DNA of 64,000 nucleotides, taken from assembly GCA_012295275.1 (NCBI GenBank), contig CM022672.1, forward strand, positions 30,380,001 through 30,444,000, given 5' to 3'. A model generated the notes under the pieces. It had not been told where the DNA came from and made no database searches. It was given only the letters and a program-made list of their open reading frames with translations. Of this stretch, positions 28,856 through 44,348 are shown in pieces. The stretch comes from Chrysomallon squamiferum. Its lineage: Eukaryota; Animalia; Mollusca. The position numbers and the translations under genes were made by a program. The stretch's first letter is position 1. Every line of letters starts with the position of its first letter.

Positions 28856-31583
28856 GTTTTATATATATATAAAAATATTTGTATGTATGTATATATGTAT
28901 TTCTATCTGTATTTCCTTGCAAAAAATATATAATAACGATATGACAACTTTCAATACAACTTTGCTTCTTGTCAGTTCAGACGTAGGCGTCAAGGACAAA
29001 GACGCAGGAGTAGTTGTAGGATCGTCTGCAGTAACAATTATAACACATCGCGAGGTCAACTCGAGTCCTTTATCAAGTTAATGATGTGTGTATTAGTTTT
29101 ACCCTAATAGATAAATATATTACCTTCGTAACGAGCTGTTTAAAATTAACTGTAGGACAGATGTTGTTGTTGAAATCATGTAGAAAATTTCGCCCATGGA
29201 CATTTTGATGACAAAAGATCAAATGATGCTCGTTAATTCCGATGCGTCACTTTTGTTCAAGAATGTTCATATTGAAATGAACCTCCGGTGAAACGGAGAA
29301 AGAACGTTAATGTATTCTGCACATTTTCATTTGAGTTTCTTGATTCATAAGTTCTTAGTTTCCCCTCCAATCTTATTAAGGAGAAACATTTTTAAAAATA
29401 TCTCACCACTGCATTTTCTTTTGCAGTCGTGACGTCACATCGTTGACGAGGAACCAGTTCGTTCTTAAGTTTCTTCTGCTGGTATCTGAAAAAAATGACG
29501 TCACGACTTCCAGTTACGAATGTATTATAGCGCGTTATTTTATTTTGGTTGCAGCGCCTAAAATAATAAAACATTAAGATGGAAGTTTAAGAATTCTATT
29601 AGACCACTTATTCATATCGACAGAGGTATACGTTAAGATTATAGAATATTATACAGCTTTTATTACTATATCTATATTTCTGGTTCACAGTTGGCCCACA
29701 TGTGTGGCAAACAAAACCATGGATTATCTGAACATGGCGCATATGGTAGTGTTAGTTATGTTAAATAGTTAGAAAAAAACGAGTCTTCTATATCTAACTC
29801 GTTACATGAAACTCTCTCTCTCTCTGACTTTATTTCACTCTGATTCTTTCTCTCTCTCTCTCTCTGAATCTCTTTCTGTCTCTCTCTCTCCCACCGCCTC
29901 TACCCCTCTCTCTCCCCAATTTACTCATCTTTAGGCTGTTGATGTCTTATAATATCTACATCTGCGACACTACTTACGTGATTAGAGTAACAGCTCGTGT
30001 GTTTTGATGTGGCTAAGTGTTAACACCACTTCAAATCAGATCAAAGTCTATTAAAGAAGAAAACGTGCGCGTTCAGTGGTCCTAATAGTTCTGTTTACCA
30101 GCCGCACATCACTTAGCGACACCTGCATCAAAGTGCACGGAGTATGCCTTGCTGTTGTAAGTAATTATGCTGCTAATGGGAGAAGAAAAAAAAACAAAGA
30201 GAGAAAAAAATAAAATAAAATAAAATAAAATAAAATAAAATAAAAGGAAAAACGAAAAAAAAGAAGACTGGGAAGATGTTCGAATTTCAGAATGGTTTAT
30301 AATCACGGTAAGTTACTACTACTACTACTACAGCAACAACTAATAATAATAGTAACAACAAGAACAAGTAGAACAATAACAACACCAACAACAGCATCAA
30401 CAACAGCATCATCAACAACAACAACAATAATAGTAATAATTACAATCATCGTCATCATCATCGTCGTCATCATTATCATCATCGATCTCATCATTATTAT
30501 CATCATAATCGACCTCATCATCACCATCATCATCATCATTATAACCCGAGTTCGATAGTGTGGTTGAACAGAAAACACATTGTACAGAGAATTCAATTAA
30601 ACTGCACTGATACAGTTTCATTAATAAAGAATAACAAAATGTGCTGATCGTTTTAAGCGAAGCAAATCACGTTTTATCAGTCAGTCAAATAACGTCATTT
30701 ATATCTTGTTTACAAACAGCAAGGAATTTGGTTACAAACCATAAATCAACTCGCTGAATACCAATGACAGATTTCACTCGACGAGAATCGTCTTCGCTAA
30801 TGCTATTAGACGTCTGCCGCTCATTGCGATATTCGGGAAAGTTCGCCGTTTGGCGTCGTTTAATTAAAATTAATTTCCGTGGAGACGCGAAGATTTAAAT
30901 TCCGTAAACTCTTCCGCGGCTGGTCGTCACCGTAAAGTCCCGAAGGCATCGTTCGGGTGACAGTGTAAACGTGTCGGCTTAATTTCCACGAAAACAGACG
31001 ATTCTAGGGTGTGTCTCTGAACGGCAGTTTTTGGAACATTTCGTTAATGTTACGGAACGCTTCGAGAAACAGGTTTATGGAGAGTCGTAGGAGGATATAT
31101 CAGAAATGAAAGCTTTCTGCTAAATAGGTTCTTGCTAAAATAGTTTATTTTTATTTAATTTGAACTGTTTTCTGTACTCTTATACTCTTGAACATTTATA
31201 TCGGTGAATGACACCAATAATAACAAATAAATAAAAATAAAAATAAAAAGTAGTAGTAGTTGTACTAGTTGTAGTAGTAGTTGTATAACAGCTGTAGCAG
31301 TAACACTCCAGTGACTATGGCAGTAATAATAGCAAATAACAATGATGATGATGATGATGATAACACTTTGTATAAATAGATAAATAAATTTTGTCATTGT
31401 CTATCTCCTGTGATCAGAAAGAATGACGTCTGGCAGTATGAAGAACAGATGACATCGGAAACAGCAATAAATGTATTCACATCACAGACAATCGATTATC
31501 ACTTTTAAATGATTTTAAAATGTGTTGTTTGCGTGATGTCTGGTGTACAATGTAAACATGTTTGTGGAAAAGAAAGTCACTAT

Positions 31584-31685
<102 letters not shown>

Positions 31686-33879
31686 ATCACTAATTAGATG
31701 ACATCATTTAGAAACAAGACGTTCTTTTTGGGGACAGTCTACATGACCGCAATGAAAAGAAAGAAAACAAAATATTTGCTCTGATTAGACAAGGTAGGTC
31801 ACACCAACCCGTTATGGCTGTGTATAACACATTTAACAGTCTGCATGTTTAGTATACGTAATAACACAGTCTAACACGACAGAACAATCACCTCAGACTT
31901 TGTTTATCTTCACTAAGGACACAGCAGTGACATTCTGAAAATGGAAGCCTAAAAGTCCAATAATAACAACAAAATATTAAATATCGAGTTGCTTTAATAA
32001 TTATTATCCCAGAAGACAGTCAGATGTTTAGTCAGTCAAATATCAGCATAGAGTAAATTTTCTCTCAGGCACAAGTAAACGAATTTGAACTCAGACTTTA
32101 AGTTATTTTGTTTAAAATATCCAGTCTTTAAGTTAATTTGCACTGGGGTGGTACATGTATGGTATATCGATATAATTTTTATTGTACATTCTAAACCACA
32201 TATTTAAAAAAAAAAAAAAAATAACCCACTTAATTCAGGAAATTAAAATAGATTTTGGGTTTGAATCTGTAGGTATTAATCTAAATATAACCACACAAAC
32301 GTTTTTAACGGAAGCTGAATTTAAATATTTTCTTTCCTGGTGTTTTTGTTTTGGATTAAACTCACGTACTGACCTATTTTCGATTGTCGTTGTAAATAAA
32401 CGACTTTAGCTAATGGTAAAATGTTTATCCAGATCATTGTGTGTGGTATTTTTTTGTGTGCATGTTTGTTTGTGTGTGTGTGTGTTTTTGTGTTTGTGTG
32501 TGTTTTGTGTTTGGGTGTTTAGGCGTACATGTTTGTTGTATTTATAAGCGTGCGTGCGCGTGTTTGTTTGCACGTAAGTAAAAACGTGAAAGGAGAAACC
32601 TTTTCAGAAATGTTCGATTGATGCTAATAATAAAAAAACACACACACACACACACAAGAAAAAAATAATAACGTCAGAAAAAGAAAATTATAGAAAGGAA
32701 TTTAAAGAAAAAGAAACGAATGGAGAAAAAGGAAATTCAAACATCAAACAACATCATCACAATGACAACGCACAACAATGACATCGACTGTGATAACAAC
32801 GACTGCAAGGATAACAGAACAATACGGAACTCAATTTACAACGGTAGTGAAGCATGGTAATTTCTTATTAGTAATTTGTGTTTGAAATATTTTCTGTTAG
32901 ATGTAAACTCAAATTATGTTATAGGCTCCCTATAGACTGATCCTGGCTCCATTGTGTTATTGAAAACAGTTAATTTGATAAGAAAAAAAAGTCATTTGGA
33001 AATAGAACGACATAATTATAAAAACAACATCTTCTACTACTACTGGTACACAATTACTACTACAACTACTAAAACAGAACAAAATCTACGTCTTTTATTA
33101 TTACTACTACTGCCACTATTGTGTACAATAATTACTACAAGGGTTACATCAACAACTACTACTACTGCTATACAATTACTGCTAAAATTAGTTAGAACTA
33201 GTTATGCTAATTCTACTACGAATACAACTACTACACCAACAGCTGTTACTACTACTACTGTAGCTACCACTGCTACTATTACTACATCTACTACTACTGC
33301 AACTATTATTATAACTAGATTTTACTACCAAAAATGGTTCTACTGCTGTTTATAGCCTAATTATTACAACTATTAATGCTGCAACAACAGTAACAATTAC
33401 TGCTACCTCTAAAGGATTCACTACTATTACTATGCCATACTTATTACATTACACTTGTTACTACGTCCACTACAGTTACTATTAATAGAAACATAATTAC
33501 TACTACTATTAAGACTATTACGGTTACTATAACAAATAAAACAGCACCATTACAACTACTGTACATCACAAAAACAAAAACAATAACAACAATAATAACT
33601 ACACATAGTAACGACTACAATTATTACTATGCTACAACAACAACTACTACTGCTATAATACCACTTTGATGTTTTTAAATTGATTTTTATTAGTAGTAGT
33701 ACTAGTAGCTGTAGTAATAGTAGGAGTAGTTTTAGTAGTTGTAATAGTTAACATTAATAACACTAGCAGTACTAGCTGTAGTGGCAGTACTATTAGGTGT
33801 AACAGTAATAGTAGTTGTGTAGGTAATAGATAGTGAAGTAACGTAGTAATTAACCAAACAAAATAATTAAAGATTCACT

Positions 33880-33975
33880 GGCCTATCAGCTCCATCACCA
33901 ATTGACCAGCTGGTCCGAATGATTGGACATACAGAGGGGTGAATGACCTATCAGCGTAACGAAGTATAAAATTAG
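33880..33975 (+). promoter_or_regulatory. Candidate CCAAT+TATA core promoter
   Basis: CCAAT at 33898, ATTGG at 33922, CCTATCAGC at 33882 and 33947, palindrome GACCAGCTGGTC at 33904-33915, and TATAAAA at 33965-33971. Confidence 0.3.
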
Positions 33976-34324
33976 ACATTTTCACGGTGTTCGCTAGCCG
34001 GAAACAAACTTTATTTTATCTAGAAAAAAAAACCTATGAGTAAGCGTCAGAGACATTGGAAGCAGACGGTCTGTTAAAAATACGTCTCGTTTTTTAAACG
34101 GAATCTTTCAACGCGACTATTTTTCTTGTGTTTGTTACGCTGCTAATTGAGTTCTTCTGTTTTGTTGTGTGTTGAATAGAACGAGTAATAAGGTGTCTAA
34201 AGAAAAAAGATATAAATAAAAAGATCCTCTAATGAACTGTACAAAAAAAAAATAATAATAATACTTTGTGTGAAAAATAAACTATCACAACCATCATTTT
34301 TCAGATGACCTTACTCAACTTTTT

Positions 34325-34374
<50 letters not shown>

Positions 34375-34879
34375 CATATATGTATGTATGTACGTATTTA
34401 TTTATTTATTTATTTATTTATTTATTTTCAAGCTGCTGAGACATTTTTATTTAAATATTTTTCAAACTTTTTTTTTTTTCAAGAACATTTTTTTTTTTTT
34501 CAAGAACATTTAAACTATAAATCCACAGAAAGCTATTTACTTCCTGCATCATTTGCATAAACATTTACTCCATTCACTGAAGTGGTTTAATTTTCATGTT
34601 GGTAGAACCTTGTAATTAGGAGCATCTGCGAAAATAGGTCAGTACGTGAGATTTCTCCAAAATGAAGCAAACACCAGGAAACAGAGAAAACTAAATATTC
34701 AAATTGGATTTCTTCCGATAAAAAAGGTTTTGGGGACATCGACACAGAGTTTCGTAAACAGAATTTCTTTAATTAATGGTAAATTTCGATACTGATTAAA
34801 ATTTGAATGTCTGTCTGTCTGTCTATCGAAATATCTGTATCTGTCAATCCATCTATCTATCTCTCAATCTGTCTATCGC

Positions 34880-34964
<85 letters not shown>

Positions 34965-35123
34965 TTTGAACGGGTGTTTATATATTATAATATTATGGTT
35001 AATCTCACATACTGCTACAAGTGCCGGAGATTAAACTCGCCATGTCTCAGTTTTTAAACTTCTCTCTCTAATCTTATGTCATTTCTCAGCAGTAAAGAAA
35101 AACAAATCTGTCATTATTCTGTC

Positions 35124-35231
35124 GTGAGAAACTGTACAATTGTTTCGACTAAACAAAGTCTGGTGTATTTCTTGTAGTGAGAAACTGTACAATTGTTTCG
35201 ACCAAACACAGTCTGGTGTATTTCTTGTAGT
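35124..35231 (+). repeat. 53-bp tandem duplication
   Basis: GTGAGAAACTGTACAATTGTTTCGAC…TCTGGTGTATTTCTTGTA occurs at 35124 and 35177. Confidence 0.95.
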
Positions 35232-36098
35232 AAGCGAGAATTAGCTGGCTTCACCTACCTTTTTCTTCTTCTTCTTTCTATTTTTTAAATGAACAACAAA
35301 TCCTTTGATTTTTCTATTTAGCGCGTAATCCAAAAGTCATCCCCCCCCTTAAAAAACAACAACTAAAAAAAAAAACAACAACAAAAAAACCCAAAACAAA
35401 ACAGACCTATATCTACATGACGTCATCTAATTATTGACGTCATACTGGCACTATATGGAAAGATTATATTATCTTGAGAACTTTTAATATTTTAATGAAA
35501 ACAACTTTTGAACTTATAGGAATTTAAATATGTACTACGATGGTTTTTCTTCTTCTGCACAGTTACCATAGAAACACAGCTCAACACACCATAAGTATCT
35601 TTATATATTTGTGTACGGTAAGTTATTTTCCACAAATATTGTAACTATCAACTCGTATTGAATATCAACTATAAATGCTCTCTGTATAATAGTATACGCG
35701 GTTCTCTAAGGCTCTGTAAATTTCTCTTGGCATAGTGCTTAGTGTACGATACTGCATGTTTTGATATGAATTAATGTATAATTACTTTTTATTCTTCAAA
35801 TAATCGTTTCTCTTTTTGTTTATCTGTGTCGTCCATTTTTATTCCATTCCGTGTCAAAGTAAAACATCACATGACACCAGACTCTGCCACTGGGTTTCAC
35901 GTCATAATCACAGCGCCATTTTTATTTAGTTTTTATAGCACATTGTATCATCTGTATCAAACCGTGCTTACGGCGTTTAGCCACGTGATTCTAATCTCTG
36001 TTTTGTAACGCTACATCAAAGCAATGTCGTTACACACATACATACATACATACATACATACATACATACATACATACATACATACATACATACATACA

Positions 36099-36162
<64 letters not shown>

Positions 36163-36327
36163 CATACATACATACATATGTTGTTATATATATATATATA
36201 TATATATAACAACAACAAAAACAGAAAAGAACACCAAAAAAAAAAAAACCAAGAGAAAAACAACAACAAAGAAAACAAAAACATATAACAACAAATAATA
36301 AAAAAATACGGAATGAAAACAATTAAG

Positions 36328-36362
<35 letters not shown>

Positions 36363-37574
36363 AAAAAAAAAAAAAAAAATTTTTTTTTAAATAAATGTAA
36401 ATATACGTTATATGATGTTGTATAGTTCTGTACTTCATTTTAACTATTAGTTGTTACTGTCAGAACAATATGGTATATAATTTACGTCACTGAACAATAA
36501 TTTGAAGAAATCGTAAAAAAAACACCCAAAACCCAAAAACAAATTCTTGTTTTCATATCACGTTTATCTAAAGCCTTCATGTGACATTTAATTGTATAGA
36601 CCTGAACATGGAATAACAAATTTTATATTATAACACACTACAGACTATACCATTCCATATTATTATAATATTATAAAATAAAGTAATTAAATGTCATCAT
36701 GCACGTTGTTAAAGGTCCAAAAATATTCCGAAATCGTGATGCAGAACCTCTTTGCCAAATGTCACCACCGTGCCTATCAAAGCTCCATCAAAGATCAATT
36801 TCATTTTTCTTGTTTCGTCTGCTACAACATCATTAACAAACGCGACGAACGAAACCGTGTCTGACAGAGCTACTCAACAACGAGACACAAAAAGCACTGT
36901 ACGAGCTATTGCTATGCGCAAAGAACTGTAATGACGACATTTAACGTAAATAAAAAGATTCAATATTCTTCACAGAAAATGTTCTCACGAGCGATTTATT
37001 CACAAAGCTTAGCCGAGTGCAAACAACACAGCTAAGTAGCGGTGAGGATTTTAGATAGAAAAAAAAAAAAAAAAAAAAAAAAGAAACGAATAATTTTCGC
37101 CTAAATGGAAATAAAAATTTGTTACAAAAAGAGTGCCAGTTACGTGTAAGAATAGCAATAAATGTTTTATTAGAGTTGGTTTAGTACAGAAAAGTAATAG
37201 ACTGATTCTTATATATAAATATTGGCACTTAGAAATAATTGGGTCAGCTCAGTACTTATTTACAAGATCAAAAACTATATCATTTATCTATTAAGCAAAA
37301 CGACAATTTAACACAGAAAATAAAAAAAAAAAAATAAAGAAAAGGAAAAAGAATGAAAAAGATAATAATAATAAAAATAAATAAAACATCAAATCACTGA
37401 TACAGAAACGAAAATAAAAAGCGATAAAAATAATGAAAATAAATAAAATAACACTAACAGAGTAAGTAACAGTTAAAACTCCATATTAACTGTTAAAGTA
37501 AAAACTATTAAGGTGATGTTAAATGTGGTTTAAATGTTTAGGATGCGTGACTGAGCATGATAAATGTAAGATCG

Positions 37575-37730
37575 CTCACTGGGCTATTTTCCCGTTCCAG
37601 ACAGTGGCTCACTGCTGATTGTCAGTGTAGTCGTCGTGGTACGTTTTTTTCGTGTTGGCGGAGACGTGTGTGTAAAAGAAGGCGTGTTTGATGAGTAAGA
37701 AGAGAAACTCATGGTTTGCTGACAGTGTCT
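37575..37730 (+). mobile_element. tRNA-derived SINE remnant (further decayed pieces at ~7945-8060 and ~44450-45120)
   Basis: Core GGGCTATTTTCCCGTTCCAGACAGTGG, similar within the window to 11266-11308 on the opposite strand. Confidence 0.55.
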
Positions 37731-37886
37731 TTTGTTTTTGAATCATTCTCATTTTGTTATGTTATGTTATATAATGTTACGTTATGTTACGCTATGTTAT
37801 GTTGTGCTATACTATGCTATGCTATGCAATGTATGTATGTATTTGAATACACATTAAAGAAAGGCAACTTTTGATTCTTCAAAAAA

Positions 37887-37971
<85 letters not shown>

Positions 37972-39829
37972 CAGATAGATAGACAGATATAAGATAGATA
38001 GATAAATAAATAAATAAAAAAATAATAATTAATTTTCATATGTACAACACTGAGTAATATAAAACTGTTCGGAATAAATTCTGTCTTACGGCTTTTGGAC
38101 AGTCGAACTCGCAACCTACAGCGCTTCAGACGAACAACGTGTCACTTAATTACTTAATGATTCTTTGTTAATGGAATTTCTACTAATTAGCCAGTTAGAA
38201 GAAATATTAAAAAGAACATATCTCGGCAGATTGTCTGTATGTACGTTTTGTTTTATGTTATTGCCGAGCCTCGACAACCAATTTAAGTGTACATCTAAAT
38301 ATTTGTCTTCAGTGCGAGCTGTCATATCGATCTCCTAGCGTTACGTTCGTACAAAAAATCTACAGTAATACCCGCTTTACGTCATTTCCGGTTAATCAAA
38401 TTTGCTTGCCTCTAAAGGTAATTTCATTCCAGGGGCCTCAATCATTACGTCAGAGATTACGTCAATCAGCAAAGTTGTCTTCGGCATGACAAAAAAGAAA
38501 TAAATAAATTTTGTTCTTCAAAATATATTTAATATAAATAAAATAGATAAACATATAAAAGAAATAAGACAAAAATAGGCTAAAAATTAAAAATATAATA
38601 AAAATACTTTGAAAACACTAATTCTAATCTATTGTCATACTTGAGGCGATTTTAACGGCAAATCACATTTTATTGTCTTTCAATCTTTAAAAAAACAGTA
38701 TGACAAAAATGTGTTTTTAGAATTCTTTAAGGATTTAGCGTTAGTTACATTCTTTCGTTTTATTTACTAGGTCTATAGTTTTGCGGTGTTTGTATCTCAT
38801 TTTAAGTAGTAATTACCTGGTTAATGCCAAAAAGAAGAATAAACCCCAAAAACAAAATAAATAAATAATAATAATTAAAAAAAACAACAACAACAAAAAA
38901 ACAATAAAAAAACCCCAACAACAAACAAAACAATAACGGGTTACGTCACGGCTTTTGGAAATAATTAATGACAAAGGGCGGTGTATGACTGTTTATATGT
39001 ATGTATGTATGTGTGTGTGTGTGTGTGAGTGTGTGTGTGTGAGCGCGCGCGCATCGGTGTTTATATGTATTATATATATATATATAAACACAGAGGCGCG
39101 CGCGAGCACACACATACACACACTCACACGCCCACATATATATATATATCGATGTATATATATAATATATGTATGTAAGTATATATAAAAAGAACTCTCT
39201 GTTATATTAAATCTCTGATACTTTAATGACTACCACGCTAGATTCATTCTCCGCTTGTGAGAAAATCACAGTTAGAGGGTTTATTTTTTCAAATTATCCA
39301 CAAAATCAGAGTCTTTGTTACTCATTACACCCTGGATTACAGACTTCACACGGTAATTCTGTGTGAATAACCGGCAACACACACACACAATGGGACAAAA
39401 ATACCACATTGAAATCTTTTTGGATATCAGAATTGTCATCTAAGCAACTCAACATACACTGTTATTATTCATTACGAAACACAGTAAGTAGTATGTAGGT
39501 GTGTTATTTCAGAATACGCAATACCTATCTGAAACCCAGTGTGTATAATTTTGGCTTTGTTGTCCAGTTCAATAACTTACTCTATCGTCTATATCAAATA
39601 TAAAAGAATTATATACTAGATCTAAATATCAGATAATCTGAACTGTATATATAATAGATGTGCTGGAGTGTGTGTGTGTGTGTATGTATGTGTGTGTGTG
39701 TATATATATATATAATGTTTTTAATCTGTTATATTTGATATTTGGCTCAAGTATATAATTCTTTTATATTTGTTAAATGGGTATTGAATTGTATTTTCTG
39801 GTACTTACTATAGTATATATTGTCACTGT

Positions 39830-40450
39830 ACACCGTCATATCCAATTGTGCTTTATAGCATTACTATATTGCTATATGGATAAAGATGTCTAGTTTTGTC
39901 ACAGTATGTTATGGTCTCTGGCTTTGTTCTGCAACATTATCATATTGCTATATGGGTACAGATATCTAGTTTTGTCAGAATATACAGTTATATGTGGCTT
40001 TGCTATATAACCTTATTATACTTGATAAACTGTTATCTTGTTTTGTCACATATTGTGATATCACGTTTTGCTATATAGCAATGTTTGACTTGCTATATGG
40101 ATATCTAGTTTTGTCACAGTTTTGTATCTAGCTTTGCTGTATAACTTTATTATTCTTGCTATATGGAAATTTAGTGTATGTCGCAATATGTTGTTATATC
40201 ATGCTTTGCTCTGCGATATTATTATACTTGCCGTATGGATATCTTATTTTATCGCTGTATATTGTGATATCTTACTTTGCTGTATGACGTTAAAATGAAA
40301 CTATAATAATATCTGGCTTTGCTCTATTGCATTATTATACTTGCTATATGGATATCTCTAATTTAGTCACAGAATATTGTTATAACTAGCTTTGCTGTGT
40401 AGCATATAATTATAATTGGATTTGACACAATACACTGCGATATCTGGGAT
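39830..40450 (+). repeat. Degenerate ~70-bp minisatellite, ~8 units
   Basis: CTTTGCT…ATTATACTTGCTATATGGATATCTAGTTTTGTCACAG recurs; GCTATATGG-like cores lie at 39871, 39947, 40092, 40158, 40230 and 40343. Confidence 0.85.
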
Positions 40451-40805
40451 TGCTCGAGTTGTGGACATTTAGCTGTGTTTTGTAGCTGTGGATTATGCAG
40501 TTTCTTGTTTTCACAAATTATCGTCAGTTTTTACATCTGACTGGTGCGTGTTGATGATGTCAGCGTAATCAACTTCGCCTGTCGCGACGTGATCAGCATA
40601 TCAGTGGACGTCAACATACGGCGACATCAGCAGCGTTGTACCCAGCGTCAGAAAACACATCCTCATTAAAGACAGCGATGAGCATTTAGCTGCAGTCTCA
40701 CTGATTACGAATAGCTGTGGGATCGAATCTCCCAAGGGGAGGGGGGGGTCTTTTGTTGGTTTCTTTCTCCTTAACACATTTCTTTGTATAGTTTTCTTCT
40801 TCTTT

Positions 40806-40893
<88 letters not shown>

Positions 40894-41574
40894 CAATCTT
40901 CACTCTTTATATCGATTTTTCTCCAGTTAGCTTTCTCTCCCACTCAGATTCCATCTATTATTCTATCAATACATAAAAAAGCAAAAAAAAACAAAGCATC
41001 AACAACATAAGAACAAAAATCAAATAATAATAATAAAAAAATTAAATAACATAAAATAAAATGTAATAAAAAAAGAATAAAGAAAAAATGAAAAATAAAC
41101 AATGTTTATTTTATATATAAATATATAAAGTAATAAAACACACATAATCTTTATTTATTACCAGATGCTTTCCTATAACGCGCATTATTACTCTTGTGCA
41201 TGAAAGTGACACTTGAAAACAAAACTCGTTAATTTATGTTTACCGAGAATTGAACATCAAAGACTGTTCGTCAGACAAACCAAGGGGAGACAATTTCCTC
41301 TTACCAAATAAATCAACACCACTGCCATTTCTCCTTAACAGATATGTTTTCTTTTTTCTTTTTTTTTCTTTTTTTAAAAATAGACTAAACAAATTATAAT
41401 TTTTTTAATTTTTTTATTTTTTTAATTTCTCAAGTTAGCGAAATGAGTGAAGTATATTAGGGCTTATGTTGTCATCAAATCAGAATTGTTTTTTTTTTGA
41501 GTTCGCTTTGAGTTATTTTGCTCAAATCAGTTTTCCTTCGAGACGAATCACGAATGCATTATGTTCCGTCTTGC

Positions 41575-41700
41575 TCAGAAATATTCTCAGGCACGGGCAC
41601 CTGGGGCCCAGTTAAAAACGAGGCCGTCTTTAGCACGGTACATCATCTGAGTGGTCACGCGAACACGCTCTACGTCCTGCGCAGTTCGCAATGGCGTCAC
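41575..41700 (-). pseudogene. Decayed exon-like segment, chitin-binding type-2 (CBM14/peritrophin-A)-like
   Basis: A GC-rich island after ATTATTTCCG (one change from a CAG acceptor). It reads GDAIANCAGRRACSRDHSDDVPC / frameshift / KDGLVFNWAPGARA*EY, resembling C…C…CPxGLVFN…CD. Confidence 0.35.
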
Positions 41701-41973
41701 CGGAAATAATAACTGACTAATAATTTATCAGAACTAATTTTAAAAAATAATTTTTGGGGAGACGTTTGACCTATAATTTCACACAAAAATGTTTTGTGTT
41801 GTGGATGTTAGGAACGTTATTAGAATTACGTTTGTTTAGAATAAAAACATAAAAAACAACAACATAAAAACAAAAATGTATTTTTTCTGTCTATTGAAGC
41901 AAAAACAAATCTGACTAAACGGTTTCAAAATGTTTAATATGGTGCGTCTTTCTCTCTCTCTTCCCTCCCTCTT

Positions 41974-42021
<48 letters not shown>

Positions 42022-42330
42022 TTGTTGTTGTTGTTACTAATTTACTACTTCGTTTTTTACGTTTCGAACTGAAATAAACTACGTCAAAAGATTTTAATTT
42101 TTTTATTTTTTTATACCTTTATGTTAATTATCTAAACATTAAAACAATAGATTAATATTATAAAGTTGTGGTTGTTACTGATAACGAATCAGCTAATAAC
42201 CTTTTAACGGTTCCTCGTAACTGTTATTTCCCAACCCAACTAGTGCTCCACGAACTGTTTTATCAAAGATCGTCATGTTTTCTTGTCTATGAGAAGTTTT
42301 TATAAAATATATCTTCCTGCTAATCGTAAA

Positions 42331-42400
<70 letters not shown>

Positions 42401-43546
42401 GTCTGTCTGCTGTCTCACCATCTCAAAATACCCCCCACATATACACACACACGCACGCACATGACCACATATGATGTAATTATGTCGAAATGTTCATACT
42501 GAAAATCCACCTGCATGTTTCAGGGGGGTTTGTTAAATTAATATCCAATGAAAATTATTCAGTTTACTTCACATTCAAAAGCACATGAAAGAACAGTAAT
42601 CCTGATTTTCTAATTAGTAATTTTTAACATTCACTAGCTGTGATCTTATATATATATATATATATACACCCACAAACACACAGAGATACATACATAAATA
42701 CATATACACACATACTAGGATAATAATAATAGTGATGATGATGATGAAGATGAGAAGAAGGAAAAGAAGATATAAGAATTACAAAATCTGTTTTAAAGGT
42801 AACACTTCACAACAAACCCCCCCCAAAAAACAAAACAAAACAACAAAAAACAAAAAACAGTCTTTCTCAACTTTCGAAAATAAAGAATATATTATTACCA
42901 CCAGTCATTTCAGAGATGATCAGATATCTCAAAATAAAAATTTAACAAGTATTCACCCACCTTTATCTACATCAGCAACATCGTGCACGTTGTAAAACGA
43001 CGTCCAAACATTTCTTACAACTCCGTGTTTAGAAGTTTGGCGGTTTTTTCTGCAGCCAGTGTGCACTGCACGCGGAACAATAATCAAACCTGACCTTCCG
43101 AAAACAAGCGAGGTAGAGGGATAAACAGGCCTGTTATCACCTGCATTAAATCAGTGGAAAAAACGTGGTTTGGACGGTGGTGAATGGAAAACCGGTTACA
43201 TGCTAGCTTTGTAGACTGTTCGAATGACAGCTTAAATTAATGCCTTGGTGAAAAAAAAAAAAAAAAAAAGCGAAGAAGAAGAAGAAGAAAAATAAAAAAA
43301 CGAAAAAGAAAAGTAGTGTAAATATATCCAGCGTATAGATTTTTTTTTTGTTCAGGTCATATTTTATTTGTCTTTCGTCATCAATATGACCGACATGCAC
43401 AATTTTAAAATTAGCTGTATAAATAGTTTTGTTAAATCATTTATTTGTATTGTTACTGAAACACCTAGATGCAGTTTCGATTTAATATTAATTAAAATTA
43501 TTTTTAAAAATTATCTTATTGTTATTGTTATGTTCTCTTCTTGTTA

Positions 43547-43602
<56 letters not shown>

Positions 43603-43645
43603 AGTAATAATAATAATATCATAATAATAATAATAATAATAATAA

Positions 43646-43676
<31 letters not shown>

Positions 43677-43799
43677 AAGAAATAGACTGCACAACATATT
43701 ACATTATAAACACAGCTTTATAATAAATCATTATTATTATTATTAATCTTTAATGATTATCATAAATTTTGAATTATTATTATTATTATTATTATTATT

Positions 43800-43832
<33 letters not shown>

Positions 43833-44315
43833 ATTAGTGGTTGTAACCATCAATATCTCAAAACCTGCAAAGTCTAAATCTATTTTTAGATCTAATTACT
43901 TAAGTTGCAAACAGCATTTTATACAGACTCTTCGCCATCTTATCAGGGTTAGTCAAAGAGAAATCTATTTCCCTCTGACACTTTAGTTTAGCGATTCTCT
44001 CAGACATGCGCTGCACGTGCAGCACGCTGGCAGGTGTAAGCAGACGGCTCCGAATCGTCTTTGTCCATTTCGCCTAAGCTGACGAGGGCAAGTTAAAATT
44101 AATTCAGGCTGTAGGAAACGAAAATAATGGAGAAGTCGTGTATAAGAAATTCTCATCATTATAAATCTGAATGTTATCTTTGCCGTGTCTGTCTCTGTGT
44201 GTGTGTGTGTGGCCTTGAACTTGGCGCAAATCGGCGAGAGAACAAGAGTGGGCAGTTTACGAAATTTATCATTTAAACAAAACAAAAAAAAAAATTTGAT
44301 GTTATGACATGTTAA

Positions 44316-44348
<33 letters not shown>

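Noticed and set aside
28941-29081. Cadherin-like fragment (VKDKDAG)
   Set aside because: A single short motif; other cadherin signatures are absent.
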